DNA from: Balamuthia mandrillaris
Lineage: Eukaryota
Direction of reading: 5' to 3'
NCBI GenBank assembly: GCA_031835245.2
Contig: JAVKOQ020000059.1
Span: 62,001 to 126,000, forward strand
DNA length: 64,000 nt
The translations under genes were made by a program, and so were the position numbers. This document shows, piece by piece, positions 28,612 through 40,900 of the stretch (position 1 is its first letter; each line of letters opens with the position of its first letter). The notes below the pieces were generated by a model, which saw nothing but the letters and a program-made list of their open reading frames with translations, ran no database searches and had not been told where the DNA came from.

Positions 28612-30985
28612 CTATGTCCGTTCTTCATCTTCATACTCTTCGTCATCCTCTTCTTCGTGAAAAATGCCGCTTTGAAAAATATCTGCTGTGTCCTCTTCTT
28701 CTTCTCCTTCAACTTTCTTCGTGGTTGCAACGGTTTCATCCAAAACTGGTTCTGCTCCATCCTATAGGTTTTGTTTAAAAGTAAGCAAAGAAGCAAAGCA
28801 ACAACAAAGCAGAAAGAAGCAAAGAGAAAGGAAACAAACAAACGTACCTCAAAACGTTTGCGAAGGGTCAAGACAAGAGTGCGCAGTTGTTGTGGGGTAC
28901 GACAGGTCTTTCCATCGTTCAAAATGCTTCTCAGATCACCGTACGTGTTCCATCTTGCAAGAAAGTGAAGAAGCAGAATCAAGGTGTTAGAAAAGAAGAA
29001 GAAGAGGAACAAGAGGAGGAGGATGAAGCTAGAAAGAAGAAGGAAGAAAGAAGAAAGAAGGGTGAAGAATGCAGAAAGTAGAAAGAAGAAAGAAAAAGAA
29101 GAGGGAAGAGATGAGATACCCGTTTTTCAGCAACTTATGAAGATGGCCTTTCATGATTTTGGCGCTAGTGGGATACTTCTCGCACAGGTCGAGGTACAGC
29201 AGAGCGGCTTCGAAGCTGGTCGAGTCATCCCTCGGCCGTCCGGTGAAGAGGGCGGGATGTAACAAGTTGGCATAGGCGCTCATCACGCCGCGAGCGCCAG
29301 TTGCGGCCAGGCACCGCTCGATGTCGTCAAAGACGGAGATGGAGCCGTTGGCCACCACTGGAATGGAGAGTGCTTCTCTGGAGCGGTTTGAAAAATGTAA
29401 GAAGAGAGTTAGAGAATGAAGGAAAAGGGAAAAGAAAGATAGAAGAAGAGGAAGAAGAAGAAGAAGAAATACTTTATGGTGCGAATAGCATCCCAGTCCG
29501 CAGGTGTGGCTGTTCTTCCTTTGTTTTCTTTGGTTCTGCCATGAACGCACAACATCTAATGCATCCATGAAAAAAAACAAGGATGAGCCATTTTTTTTAA
29601 AAAAAGGAAGAGAGGAAGCAAGAAAGCGAGAATGAGAACCTGGCAACCAGCAGCTTCCAGTCTTTTGGCCATTTCTATGGTATCTTCCAGCGATGGGAGA
29701 AGTCGTATCTTGCAGGTGACTGGCACAGAGAGGTTCTTGTGCAAAATGGACACTGTGACAAAATCGTAAACATCAGTGAGCAAAAGAAGGAGCGGGTGAA
29801 GAAGAACTCGGGATTGGGAAAAAAAAAAAGCATTCATTATACCCATAGCCTCCATCAGTGGCCAATTCTCCAAAAGAAACGCTCCGTAGTTTCCTCTTTT
29901 TGCGATGTTTTGCGGACATCCAAAGTTGACTGTTGATGGTTTCATTAAACAAAGAGCAACCCAACAAAAAATAAGAAGGAGAGAAGAAATGAGATAAAAT
30001 GCAACCTAAAAGAGAAGTAGAGAGAACGAGAACGAGAGAGAAAGAGAAAGAGAAAGAGAAAGAGAAAGAGAAAGAGAACGAGAACGAGAGAGAAGAGAGA
30101 AGAGAAAGAGAACGAGAGAGAAGAGAGAAGAGAGAAGAGAGAAGAGAAGAGAGAAGAGAGAAGAGAGAAGAGAGAAGAGAGAAGAGAGAAGAGAGAAAGA
30201 GAGAAGAGAGAAGAGAGAGAAGAGAGAAGAGAGAAGAGAGAAGAGAGAAGAGAGAAGAGAGAAGAGAGAAGAAGAGAGAAGAGAAGAGAGAGAAAGAAGA
30301 GAAGAGAGAAGAGAGAAGAGAGAAGAGAGAAGAGAGAAGAGAGAAGAGAGAAGAGAGAGAGATAATAGAACGAAGAGAAGAGAGGAAGGAGAGCAAAAAC
30401 GAGAACAGAAGACGTACGATCAACCGCGTCGCAACTGTCCTGAACGTGCAGAGCGGCCTGCAGCAGGACCGCGGGCTCGTTGCCGCAGAACTGCACGATC
30501 AAGGGGCGGTCCTCCGGGCAGGTGCTAAAGTTGATGCGGCGGTAGGCCGCCACCGTGGCGAACTGCTTGCTGTGAAACATGGGCGTGTAGCAGAGCTCCG
30601 CCTGGTAGTGCCTGGAGAGCATGCGCCATGGCAGCTCGCTTGCCTCCACCTATTTTTGTTGTTTCAGAGATTGGCCACCAACAAATCAAAGAGAAGAATA
30701 AAAGAGAGAGAGAGAGAGCAAGACCATCGGTGCAACGATGTATTTGGGGTTGCGTAGGGTCTTCTCGTAGAACTCGTGGCCGGAGAGTTTGTCGGGAGGT
30801 GCCAGAGGGAGGTAGAGGTGGGGCTCTATGGCCGCCGTTTTTTTCTTCCTTTTCCCTCTCTTCGGCTTCCACTTTGATGGCTGTTGCTGCTGTTCTTCAA
30901 CAACTCCATTTTGGTTTTGAGGTTGTTGCTCCAGCTCCTGAGGTGCTGGAGTCACCGAGTGCCCTGCTACTTGTTCCTTCTCCAT
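28612..30985 (-). CDS. DUS1: tRNA-dihydrouridine(16/17) synthase
   Basis: [60 protein letters not shown]. Confidence 0.93.
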
Positions 30986-31436
30986 CTCCTTTCACTTCTT
31001 TCTAATCTTTTTCTTATTTTCTTTCTCATAAATTGGTAACTTTTTTTGTCGACGGCGCTGATTTCCATTGGCGCTTTGAAAAAAATGAATAGATCATCTG
31101 TCGACACTAACTGAGGGGTCAAGTGATCAATCTCCTGGCGAAATGAGGGTTCCCTCCCGGACTTTTTCACTTTTTCGACCAATGGCAATGGGCTGTCGGT
31201 TCACCAAACAGCAATTGAAAAAAAAAGGTCGGGCATCTTTTGGTGTCCGTCGAGCAAAGAAGAAAGAAGTATAAAAGGAGTACTCGAACCGAAAGAAGTC
31301 GGGGGGCCTTTGTTGACAGTATTCGGCGGTAGTGTTGGGAGGACACACCGCTGACAGAGACTCGGTACTCTTTCGATCAGTGTAAAAAAAACAACTGTAA
31401 GTTATTTGTGTGAATAAGAGGGAAGAAGGTAAAAGA

Positions 31437-34400
31437 ATGGATAAGAAGAAGGACAGCAAATCCAAGGATCGCAAGGAGAGGTCCCGCAGCAAGATCGACG
31501 GAAAGGACAAAGAAAAGCGAAGCAAGGATAAGCGAGCAAAGGATGGCGCCAAAGAGGCAACACGCAGCGGTCGTACCTCAAGCTCCCGCCCCAAGGGCTC
31601 CGTCATCGAACCCACCATCAAACAGGAGGACATGCTCCGAACCACCTTTGCCGACGCCATCCTGGCTGAGGAGATCCGCAAGACCGTGGACCTAGGGGAT
31701 GACGATGAGGACCTTCAGATACTGGACCGGGAAGGTAAGAGCTGCAGCTTGCACGTGGCCGCTGTTCGAGGTCGTGTGAAAGATGTGGAGGGCCTCCTGG
31801 AGGCAGGTTACCCCGTGGACAAGCCCGACTCGGACGGCGCAACGGCCTTGCACCACGCCGCCTATCGTGGGCAGTTGGAGGTGGCTAAGGTGCTAGTGTC
31901 TCGTGGAACCAAGACAGACACCGTGGACAGCGATGGGGTAACCCCTCTGCTGCACGCCGCTTTCATGGGTCACAGCGCCATGGTCGAGTTTCTCATCTCG
32001 AAAGGTGCCAACGTCAACCACAAGGATAACGAGGGCGGCATGGCCTTGCAGAATGCCTGTTATAACGGTCATGTAGGCACGGTCAAAGCTTTGCTGAAGG
32101 CCGGGGCGGATGTGGACCACACCGATGCTGATGGTTCCACTTGTCTGCACTACTCCGCCTTTGGTGGAAACGTCTCTGTGAGTGAAGTCCTCCTGGCCGC
32201 CAACTGCAAGATAGATGCCAAGGACAGCGATGGAGCCACTCCCTTGCATCATGCTGCCTTTGTAGGCTCGCTAGAGGTCTGCCGCATGCTCATCGAGAAA
32301 GGAGCCAAGCCCCAAGCCTGCGACTTTGGCGGCGCCACTCCCCTACACTCTGCCGCTTACAACGCCAAGAAGGACGTGGTGGAGTACCTCCTTTCCCTGA
32401 AGGACGTGGAGATAGACTCGAAGGACAAGGAAGGGGCCACACCCCTCCACAAGTCGGCCTTCATGGGGGACGACGAGATCCTGACCCTGTTGGTGGCCAA
32501 GGGAGCGGACCCCAACGCCACCGACAAGGAGGGCGCCACCCCGCTGCACAAAGCGGCCTTCAACGGGCGTGCCTATTGTCTGAAGTACCTGCTGGAGAAG
32601 GGAGCCTCTGTAAATGCTGTGGATAACGAGAACGGAACCCCTCTCCACAATGCCATCTTCAACGGCCACGTGGAGTGCGCCGCCTTGCTCCTCAAAGCTA
32701 AGGCCAAGGTGGACCCCAAGGACGTCAACGGGCGAACGCCCCTGCACGGAGCGGCCTGCTACGGCTTACGAGAGTGCACGCAGCTGCTGCTGGAGAATGG
32801 TGCCAACCCCAACACCCAGGACAAGGACAAGTTCACGCCCTTGCACCTGGCTGCCTTCAACGGGAGCGTACTCACTGCGGCCTTTCTCATTGACAAGGGC
32901 GCCAACGTGCGTGCCAAGACCGCGGAGGGCATCACCCCGCTGCACTATGCCGCCTACAAGGGCCACATGGGCACCGTGGTCTTCCTCATCGAGCGCAAGG
33001 CCCCTGTGGATTGCGATGATGACAAGGGCGTGACGCCTCTGCACAACGCAATGTTGAGCCATCAACCCGATGTGGCGGCCTACCTCATCTATAAGGGTGC
33101 CGATGTCAACAAGCAGAACGTCGATGGAGAGACAGCCCTGCATTTTGCCGTTAAGAGCGACCAAGTGGAGATGTGCGCCCTGCTCGTCTCCAAGAAGGCT
33201 GACTGGCGCAACTTAGAGGACAAGAACGGCTTCTCCCCCATTCGTCTGGCCATGGAGCTGAAGCACAAGGATCTCATTGAGTTCTTCAGCCTGCTGGACA
33301 GCGAGCGCAATCCCTTCCTCCCCGAGAACAAGGCCAAGTGGATGGCCTTGATGAAGGTGGACCACAAGGCCGACCTTCACGAGCTGAAGAAGCAGTTGGG
33401 CGTCTACGGCGAGGAGCTCTCCTTCACTCGCAAGGATGAGAGTGGCAGCAAGGCCAAGGCCACGCTGCACGACCTCGGCCTGGATGTGGATCTCAACGAC
33501 CACAAGGCCATCCTCGAGCAGGTCATGTACGAGGCGGAGCAGCTCAAGTCCGGCAAGACCTTCCTCAACGTCATGCGCCACTTCCTCCTGGTGCCAACCC
33601 ATTACAACGTCGGTGCCAAGGTGTGGGAGCTCATCGAGTTCTTTGTGCACCGGGTTTGCTTGTTGAGGGATGAGGACGACACCACCAAGGACGTCATCAA
33701 GCTCTCCAGGAAGGCCTTCCGCATGGCCCTCGAGAACAAGGACAAGATCGATGCCAAGGACAAGATGGTCCTGCTGCACGGCATCCAGGAGGCGCTCAAG
33801 ATCCTCTTCCCCAACACCGAAATGGGAGAGGAGGAGCAGATGCAGTGGGAGGCCTCCGAGGATGAATACTCCTCCGGAGAGGACGAGGCCACCGCGGACC
33901 TCGATATTGATCTCCCTGAAGAAGAAGTGGTTCAGGAGGTCAAGCCAAAGATGAAGGTCGGCCGAACGGGCGGCTTCAAGATCGAGAGCGATGTGGAGTC
34001 CATGACCGGTGGCACTGACCTCAGCTTCGAGCTGCCGAGCATCCCCGATATCCCCGAGAGCGGTCTCAGCGACACGGAAGGAGGAGGCGGGGGCGGCGGT
34101 CCGCCTCCTCCTCCTGGGGGCATCCCCCCTCCTCCGCCTGGAGGTGGTGGCCCCCCTCCTCCCCCTGGAGCTGGAGCTCCTCCCCCACCAGGCTTGGGTC
34201 CGCCACCCCTGCCAGGCAAGTTCGTCTTTGACGGCATCAAGCTGAAGCGTTTCAACTGGGTGAAGGTCCCTCCTGGCCGGTTGAAGAACTCCATGTGGGT
34301 GCAGGCCAACAAGAACACCAAGGGTATCGTCCTCGACCAGAAGACCTTGGAGGCTCTGTTCTACGTCAAGACCGGCAAGGAAAAGAAGGAAGAAGAGGAG

Positions 34401-35831
34401 AAGCCCAAGAGCGTCAGCGTGTTGGACTTGCAGAGGGCCAACAACGTGGGTATCCTGCTGGCCAAGTTCGAGGTGGGCTTCGAGCAGCTCAAGGGCTGCA
34501 TTCTCAACTGCGATGAAAAGATCCTGACCCTCGACACCTGTCGCTCGTTGGTGCGCCTGGCCCCTACCAAGGACGAGATCGAGCTGCTCACCCAGTTCAA
34601 GGGCGACAAGAACAAGCTGGGCATGGCCGAGCAGTTCTTCCTCCTCATCATGGACATTCCTCGCCTGAAGGAGCGGCTGCAGTGCTTTGTCTACAAGAAG
34701 GAGTTTGCGGAGAGGCTGCAGGAGCTGAAGGCCGACATCAAGCTGACCAACATCGCCATGCACGAGGTCCGCACCGCTCCCAAGCTGCGCAGGATCATGG
34801 AGGTGGTGCTGGTGCTGGGCAACTTCATGAACAGAGCCTATGGCTACTACGGCATAGCCCAGGGCTACATCACCGAGTCCCTGCTGAAGCTGCAGGACAG
34901 CAAGGCCACCGTCAAGGTCAAGGGTCGCAGCAACTACACGCTCCTCCACCACCTGGTGGATTACTTGGAGAAGGTCAAGCCTGAGCTGCTCAACTGGACG
35001 GAGGAGATGCCCCACATCAAGCCCAGCCACCTGGAGTACATGAACGAGGTCTGCCGGCAGGTCACCGTCCTGAAGGAAGGCCTGGAGCAGGTCGAGTTGG
35101 AGCTGAAGGAGCATAAGCCCGTCCCAGGGGATCCCTTTGGCAAGATCATGACCGCCTTCTATGAGGAGGCCAAGGAGGATATTGCCGGCCTGGTCGAGGA
35201 CATTGACCAGATGAAGAAGCGCTTTGAGAACCTCTGCACCCACTTGGGAGAGGAGCCCACCAAGGCCGACCCCGTCAGCATGGTCCACGCCTTCAGCCTT
35301 CACTGGCAGCAGGCCATCGCGGAGAACATCAAGGCCCGAGAGGCGCGCGAGGCCGCCGCCAAGAAGGCCGTCGCCAACTCAGCCATGAAGAAGCGCATCA
35401 ACATCCGCCAGAGGAAGGGCGAGGGCGGCACCGGCGGAGGTCGTGGCAAAGGAGGCAAAGGCAAGGGCAAGGGCGCCAGAGGAGGGGCCGGCGTCGGAGG
35501 AGGTGACGCTGCATTAAGCGACCAGAAGCACGTGGCCCTCCGAAAGGGCAGCAAGCGGCAGAACAGGAGGTTGCAGATGCTGAAGCGGAGGAAAGGCACG
35601 GAGAGCGGGGAGGCCGCTCCCGCTCGCAAGGGCTTGGTTCGCAAGGCCGGCGGTCGCGGCGCTCGCGGCGCTCGCAGAGGAGCCCGAGGGGCGGCCGCTG
35701 CTGGCGGAGAGGAGGAAGGAGGAGCGGCAGGGGCGGAGGGCGAGGAAGAGGGAGGAAGGCTCGGGGAGCTGTCGCCGAGAGCGGGGGAGGAGGGCGGGGA
35801 GGGCGAGGAGGGCCACGATGGCGTGGAATAA
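31437..35831 (+). CDS. Single-exon formin: ankyrin repeats, FH3 dimerisation-like segment, FH1, FH2, basic/Gly-rich tail
   Basis: About 15 ankyrin repeats (G-TPLH-AA); poly-Pro FH1; FH2 LKRFNWVKV, RANNVGILL, LVLGNFMN, TLLHHL. Confidence 0.95.
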   Translation: MDKKKDSKSKDRKERSRSKIDGKDKEKRSKDKRAKDGAKEATRSGRTSSSRPKGSVIEPTIKQEDMLRTTFADAILAEEIRKTVDLGDDDEDLQILDREGKSCSLHVAAVRGRVKDVEGLLEAGYPVDKPDSDGATALHHAAYRGQLEVAKVLVSRGTKTDTVDSDGVTPLLHAAFMGHSAMVEFLISKGANVNHKDNEGGMALQNACYNGHVGTVKALLKAGADVDHTDADGSTCLHYSAFGGNVSVSEVLLAANCKIDAKDSDGATPLHHAAFVGSLEVCRMLIEKGAKPQACDFGGATPLHSAAYNAKKDVVEYLLSLKDVEIDSKDKEGATPLHKSAFMGDDEILTLLVAKGADPNATDKEGATPLHKAAFNGRAYCLKYLLEKGASVNAVDNENGTPLHNAIFNGHVECAALLLKAKAKVDPKDVNGRTPLHGAACYGLRECTQLLLENGANPNTQDKDKFTPLHLAAFNGSVLTAAFLIDKGANVRAKTAEGITPLHYAAYKGHMGTVVFLIERKAPVDCDDDKGVTPLHNAMLSHQPDVAAYLIYKGADVNKQNVDGETALHFAVKSDQVEMCALLVSKKADWRNLEDKNGFSPIRLAMELKHKDLIEFFSLLDSERNPFLPENKAKWMALMKVDHKADLHELKKQLGVYGEELSFTRKDESGSKAKATLHDLGLDVDLNDHKAILEQVMYEAEQLKSGKTFLNVMRHFLLVPTHYNVGAKVWELIEFFVHRVCLLRDEDDTTKDVIKLSRKAFRMALENKDKIDAKDKMVLLHGIQEALKILFPNTEMGEEEQMQWEASEDEYSSGEDEATADLDIDLPEEEVVQEVKPKMKVGRTGGFKIESDVESMTGGTDLSFELPSIPDIPESGLSDTEGGGGGGGPPPPPGGIPPPPPGGGGPPPPPGAGAPPPPGLGPPPLPGKFVFDGIKLKRFNWVKVPPGRLKNSMWVQANKNTKGIVLDQKTLEALFYVKTGKEKKEEEEKPKSVSVLDLQRANNVGILLAKFEVGFEQLKGCILNCDEKILTLDTCRSLVRLAPTKDEIELLTQFKGDKNKLGMAEQFFLLIMDIPRLKERLQCFVYKKEFAERLQELKADIKLTNIAMHEVRTAPKLRRIMEVVLVLGNFMNRAYGYYGIAQGYITESLLKLQDSKATVKVKGRSNYTLLHHLVDYLEKVKPELLNWTEEMPHIKPSHLEYMNEVCRQVTVLKEGLEQVELELKEHKPVPGDPFGKIMTAFYEEAKEDIAGLVEDIDQMKKRFENLCTHLGEEPTKADPVSMVHAFSLHWQQAIAENIKAREAREAAAKKAVANSAMKKRINIRQRKGEGGTGGGRGKGGKGKGKGARGGAGVGGGDAALSDQKHVALRKGSKRQNRRLQMLKRRKGTESGEAAPARKGLVRKAGGRGARGARRGARGAAAAGGEEEGGAAGAEGEEEGGRLGELSPRAGEEGGEGEEGHDGVE

Positions 35832-35876
35832 TCGATATCAATGTAGTGTTTTATGAACACATTATGCTCTTTTCTT

Positions 35877-35918
<42 letters not shown>

Positions 35919-36389
35919 CCTCCTCTTCCGCTTCTCCTATTTTTTGTTGAAAAAGACAAAAAAGCAAAGAACGAAGATCAGAAGATGAAACAAAAACATC
36001 CCTCCAATTCATCCTCTCTGCACAACACAGAAAAGAAGAGCAGAAGGTGAAACAAAAAAAAAACCAAAACCACGCAAAAAAAAAAGGGAGGGAAGAAGGA
36101 AGTGCCCACACAGCATAGCAGTACCCATTCATTTAGCCGGTTTGGTTTCTTGTGCGAACCGATGTGTTCCTCATGTTATCTTTTTGTTCTTTTATTAATT
36201 TGTCTCTATAGCAATTATGAATGAAGCAACAAGAAAAGACCGACAAAGACAAACAAGTAAAGAAAAGCCAAGAAGAAGAACGACACTTTGTTGTTCTTGT
36301 CTGTCGGGGGGTGTTCCAGGCCGCTCTTTAAAGATCTTAAGCTTGCCTAGTGCTCTCTCTATCTACATTCGATTGAAATTATTTGCAAT

Positions 36390-37936
36390 ATGGAGAGAGA
36401 GCAGGAGGAGCAACCATCGGAGCCGGCGGCGAGGGAGGAGCGCAAGCATTGGGGCTCGTTCTCACCCTCCGGGTGGATCCCTCTGGAGGACGGCTTTGCC
36501 TCTTTGGCCGGGGCCATCGAAGAGGCCGAAACACCAGCACGATCCACGAGGCAGAGCACACCGGGAGAGGAAGCATTTGAAGAGGAAGAAGAAGACGAAG
36601 AGGAGGAGGACGATAGGGTCTCTCCCCATCGACGAAGACGAAGAGGCAGGCGACGGTCCACGACGAGAGGACGTTCCTTGTCTCCTCCACCGCGTACGTC
36701 TTCTTCTGCCTCGCTGTTGCCTTCTTCTTCTTCTTCTTCTCCTCACTCCTCTTCCCCGGCTGCTGTCGGTGCCTCTTTGACTCCTTCGCCCTCCTCCTAC
36801 CGCCGAGCGTTCTCTGCCTCTCTCTCCTCTCTGGTCCCGTTGAAGGGCTCCGTCTTGCTCTCGCCTTCTCTGCGAAGGAAAGAGCAGCAACAGCAGAACA
36901 ACAAGGACCACCATCACCACCGAACGGCCACCATTGTGCCGGCCGCTCCCTCCAACGACGACGACGCACTTGCTGGAGACTCTGCGAGACGTTGGGATAA
37001 AGCCTATCCCACGCCTCGGAGCGGAGAGCAACCTCCTTCCCTCCATCTCTCTCCTCCTTCTTCTCCTCGTCCCGCTATTCAACTGTCTGCTGCTTCGCTG
37101 CCGTCGGTGTCCCCTTCCTTCTCACCCGACGAAGGTTATCACCAACGGCCACAGCGAGCTCCTCTGGTTCTCACCCACTCGCTTCGCAAGAGCGAAGGAA
37201 AGCCGTCGGCGGAGAAGCGGATGCTGTTGAGTTCGTTGCAGCTCCTGCCGTCCCAACAGCTGCAACAGCAACAGCAGGCAGACCTGGTGATGGACCGCAA
37301 CTCCGCCACACGAACAAGGTCGTTCAGCCATGAGAACCTCGCTCTCTCCGCGTCGGTCTCGGTTGTTTCGGAGCACAAGGCAGCGGAGAGGAAAGAACAA
37401 CAACCGGCCAACAACAGCAACATCAACGTGAAGAAGGAAGAGAACGACAATAAAGAGAAAAGGACGTACACCCTGATAGAGGCGTTACGGCTGGCCATGG
37501 ATGACGAGGAGAGCGACGAGGAGGGAAAGGAGGAAGCGGGCCACGCGGACTCCCTAAGCGCGAGGAGCGTCAGGCGCAAGGTGAGCGTGCCCACGCCACG
37601 CCGACCCAAGAGCAAGAGCCTGAAAGATAAGGTCAAGCTGCCGACCAGCTCCAGCGGTAAGATGATCAACATGATGCATCGCCTGCAGACGGAGAAGAGA
37701 CAGCCAAAGCAGAAGGAGCGGGAGGTGATGCTGCGCGAGATGGAAACCACGGGACGAGCAAACACTGTGCTGCTGGCCAAGGAGGAGGAGAAGATCAAAC
37801 GGAAGGACCGGTCGAAAGAAAGCACGCCGAAACAGGCCATAACGCTCAAACCGCAGAAACACAGAAAGCCAGCGTCAGACTTGGGAGATTCCGTGGATGA
37901 GCTCATTAAACCTGAGAGCATTGGACCTTATGTACT

Positions 37937-37970
<34 letters not shown>

Positions 37971-40900
37971 TTTCTACGTCTTCTGTAGGCTTTGAGTAAT
38001 GTGTCTTTATTCAGCATGTTGGCCCTGTCATTGGTAGAGGATTCTTTGGCGTTGTCTACAAGGTTCTTATTCTCCTCATCCTTCTCCTTCATGTTGAATA
38101 CCTTTCTAACCTAAACTAAACTTTCTTCTTGCCGGATACGAACAGGCACTCAACGTGGAAACAGGTACGAACTAAAGAAGGACTTGGGCTCAAAGCATTT
38201 TGCTGTTTTTTGTGTTAACTGCTTTTATCGCTTTCTTTGATGCAACCTTACTTGTGCAGGCGACTTTGTGGCCATCAAACGGTTGGACTTGCGCAAGTTG
38301 GATGTGGAGCAAATCATGCCTCTTATGAAAGAAGTGGAACTAATGAAGAGCTTTCATCATCCGCAGGTACAAAGACGTGTCCATTCTTTTTAGGTTCAAT
38401 ATTTGTTTCTAACTATTTAACTCTCTCTCTCTCTCTCTCTCTCCTCTTCCTCTCTCTCTCTCTCTCTCGCTCGCAGATTGTTCGATACATTAATGCTTAT
38501 GAAGAGGACGGCTTTCTCTCCCTCGTGTTGGAGTTTATGGAGAATGGATCCCTTCACGACATACAAAGGTTAACAGTCTTCTTGCTTGCTTGCTTCACGT
38601 TTACCCTGGAAGCCTTCATCCTATTTGAATGACCAACATGTTTTTGCTAACTGAATGTTGCGAATGTAGAAAGTTTGGCGTCTTTCCTGAATCACTCGTT
38701 GCAGCATACCTTTCTCAGGTATCACTAGTTTCACTTTACTTGCTTCCTCGCTATCGTTCTAATCCCAAAGTTCCTTCTCTCCCATTCTCTCTCTCTCTCT
38801 CTTTGTTTGCTTTAAGATTTTATTGGGGTTAGAGTACTTGCATGCACAAAGCGTAGTTCATCGGTACCTTCTCTCTCTCTCTCTCTCTCTCGTTGCTATT
38901 GAGGGATAAAACTAATCTCTTCGTGCTACATTGGCAGAGATATAAAAGGGTACACAGAACTGGATTTGGTATATTTTGTTTTATCCTATAGTATAGTAGC
39001 TCACATTGTTATACGTGTTACAGGTCCAACATTCTCATAACCAAAACCGGCATTTGTAAATTAGCAGGTTCCTCTCTATGCTCCCTCTCTATCCCTCTCC
39101 TCTCTCTCTCTCTCTCTCCTTTCTTTCTCGCTAGCTCTCTTCCTCTCTCTCTCTCTCTCTCTCTTTCTCTCATTCGGTCCTTCCTCCACGTTTTCAGATT
39201 TTGGAACAAGTTGTCAGCTGGATATTGGTTCTGGAGAAAAGCGTTTCAGGTATCATTACTCTCCTTCAAAAACAGATACACACAACAAAACAAAAAAGCC
39301 TAAATGTTTTTCTTTGCCTGTAACAGCATCGCAGGAAGTCCTTATTGGAGTACGTATTACTATTATAAAGTTGTTTTGATGCTCAACACGCCGTTTCTAA
39401 TGCCGGTTTCCATTCTGTGGTGCAGTGGCTCCTGAGGTTGTAGAAAAGTCGGGCGTGTCCCTTGCTTCCGACATTTGGAGCTTAGGGTTTGTAATTGGCC
39501 GCTTCTCATTTCTTCAACCTCGTCTTTCTCTCTTCATTCTTCATACATTCTTCCTTCTCTTTAACACAATGCTGTTGCATGCTGTCGGTTGCAGGTGCAC
39601 CGTTATAGAGTTGCTTAGCGGAGGACCGCCGTATCACAAGAAGAGCCCCATGGCCGCCATGTATCTCATCCTGCAAAATGAGCGACCCCCTTTTCCAGCG
39701 GATATCTCTCAGGAAATGAAGCACTTTTTGGAGTGCTGCTTCCACAGGGAACCGGAAAAGAGAGCAACGGCCACCCAGCTTCTCTCTCATCCGTTCTTGC
39801 TCAAGCATGCCACTCATACCCAAACCAAAAGCTTTGTCGCCTCTTCTCATTCTTCCTCACCTTCACAGGTCTCTCTCTCTCTTTCTCATATGCTGAGCAA
39901 TCTCCTGTTTGCTGATCTCTTTCTTCTTTGCTTTCGGAAGCAGCCACAGAGCATATCGCCACAAGCAGTACAAGCCCTGTTGACAGAGTACAACCTGAGT
40001 CGTCCTGCCTCTCAGCAGGTAGAGAACAAACCAGATACAGATCATCCGGCTTTGTTCGGAGAAGAGCTGCCACCCTCCTCTCTGGAGGAGAGAGGAGAAA
40101 GTGAAACTGAAGTCACTCCCTTGCGTTCGTTCTTTCCCTTGCCTTTGTTCTCTCTTATCTCTTAATCATTTTTTCTCTATCCAACCGATGAACAGACTAT
40201 CCATTGTACAATGACCTCGTGGAGAAGCAAGACGACATCATTGTGCTGTCTCGCCTTTCATCCAAGCATCATGCCTCGGAACAGGAATACCAGGAGCTGA
40301 TGCTTTCCGTCAATTCAGAGGATGAGCTGTCTGGCGAAGAGATGAAGCACCTGCTGATGAAGACCAGAAGTTGCCTTGCCAGGGCTCTGGATGACAAGAA
40401 GGCAATGCTTGATCTCTGCAAGGTATTCACACAAACAATGAGAGAAAGAAAAATGACGAAGAATGAAAGAGGAACCGAGAGAGAGAGAGAGAGAGAGAGA
40501 AGAGAGAAGAGAGAGAGAGTAATGCAAGGAATAGCAAACGACTAACCAAATATCGTTTGTAAAAAACTTTTAAGCGATACAAAAATACTGCAGATGCAGC
40601 CAAGGTGGAAATGGAAAGCTCAAAACTCAAGCTGAACGTGTTGCAGCAGAAGCTCATTCAAAACATAGTGGAAAACAAGGAGAGTCAACTGCAAAAGCGG
40701 AACCATTTTCTTTTGCGTCAACTTACCCATCTCTCATCTCACATTCCTGATGATATGTTGGCTTATGCGGTATGTGTTGTCTCTTCTCTCTCTCTCTCTC
40801 TCTCTGTCTCTCTTTGCTTACACGTTAAATGATCGTTAAGACGTTGGGAGACTTGAGCACAGAAGCTATGTTGAAGGACTCCACCTTTTCCGGGTATTTA

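Noticed and set aside
27136..30985. tRNA gene close to DUS1 and the MT-A70 gene as an RNA-modification cluster
   Set aside because: No evidence of co-regulation; eukaryotic adjacency alone is insufficient
33213..35303. 696-aa antisense ORF overlapping the formin
   Set aside because: Shadow of the GC3-rich codon usage on the sense strand; no recognisable domain
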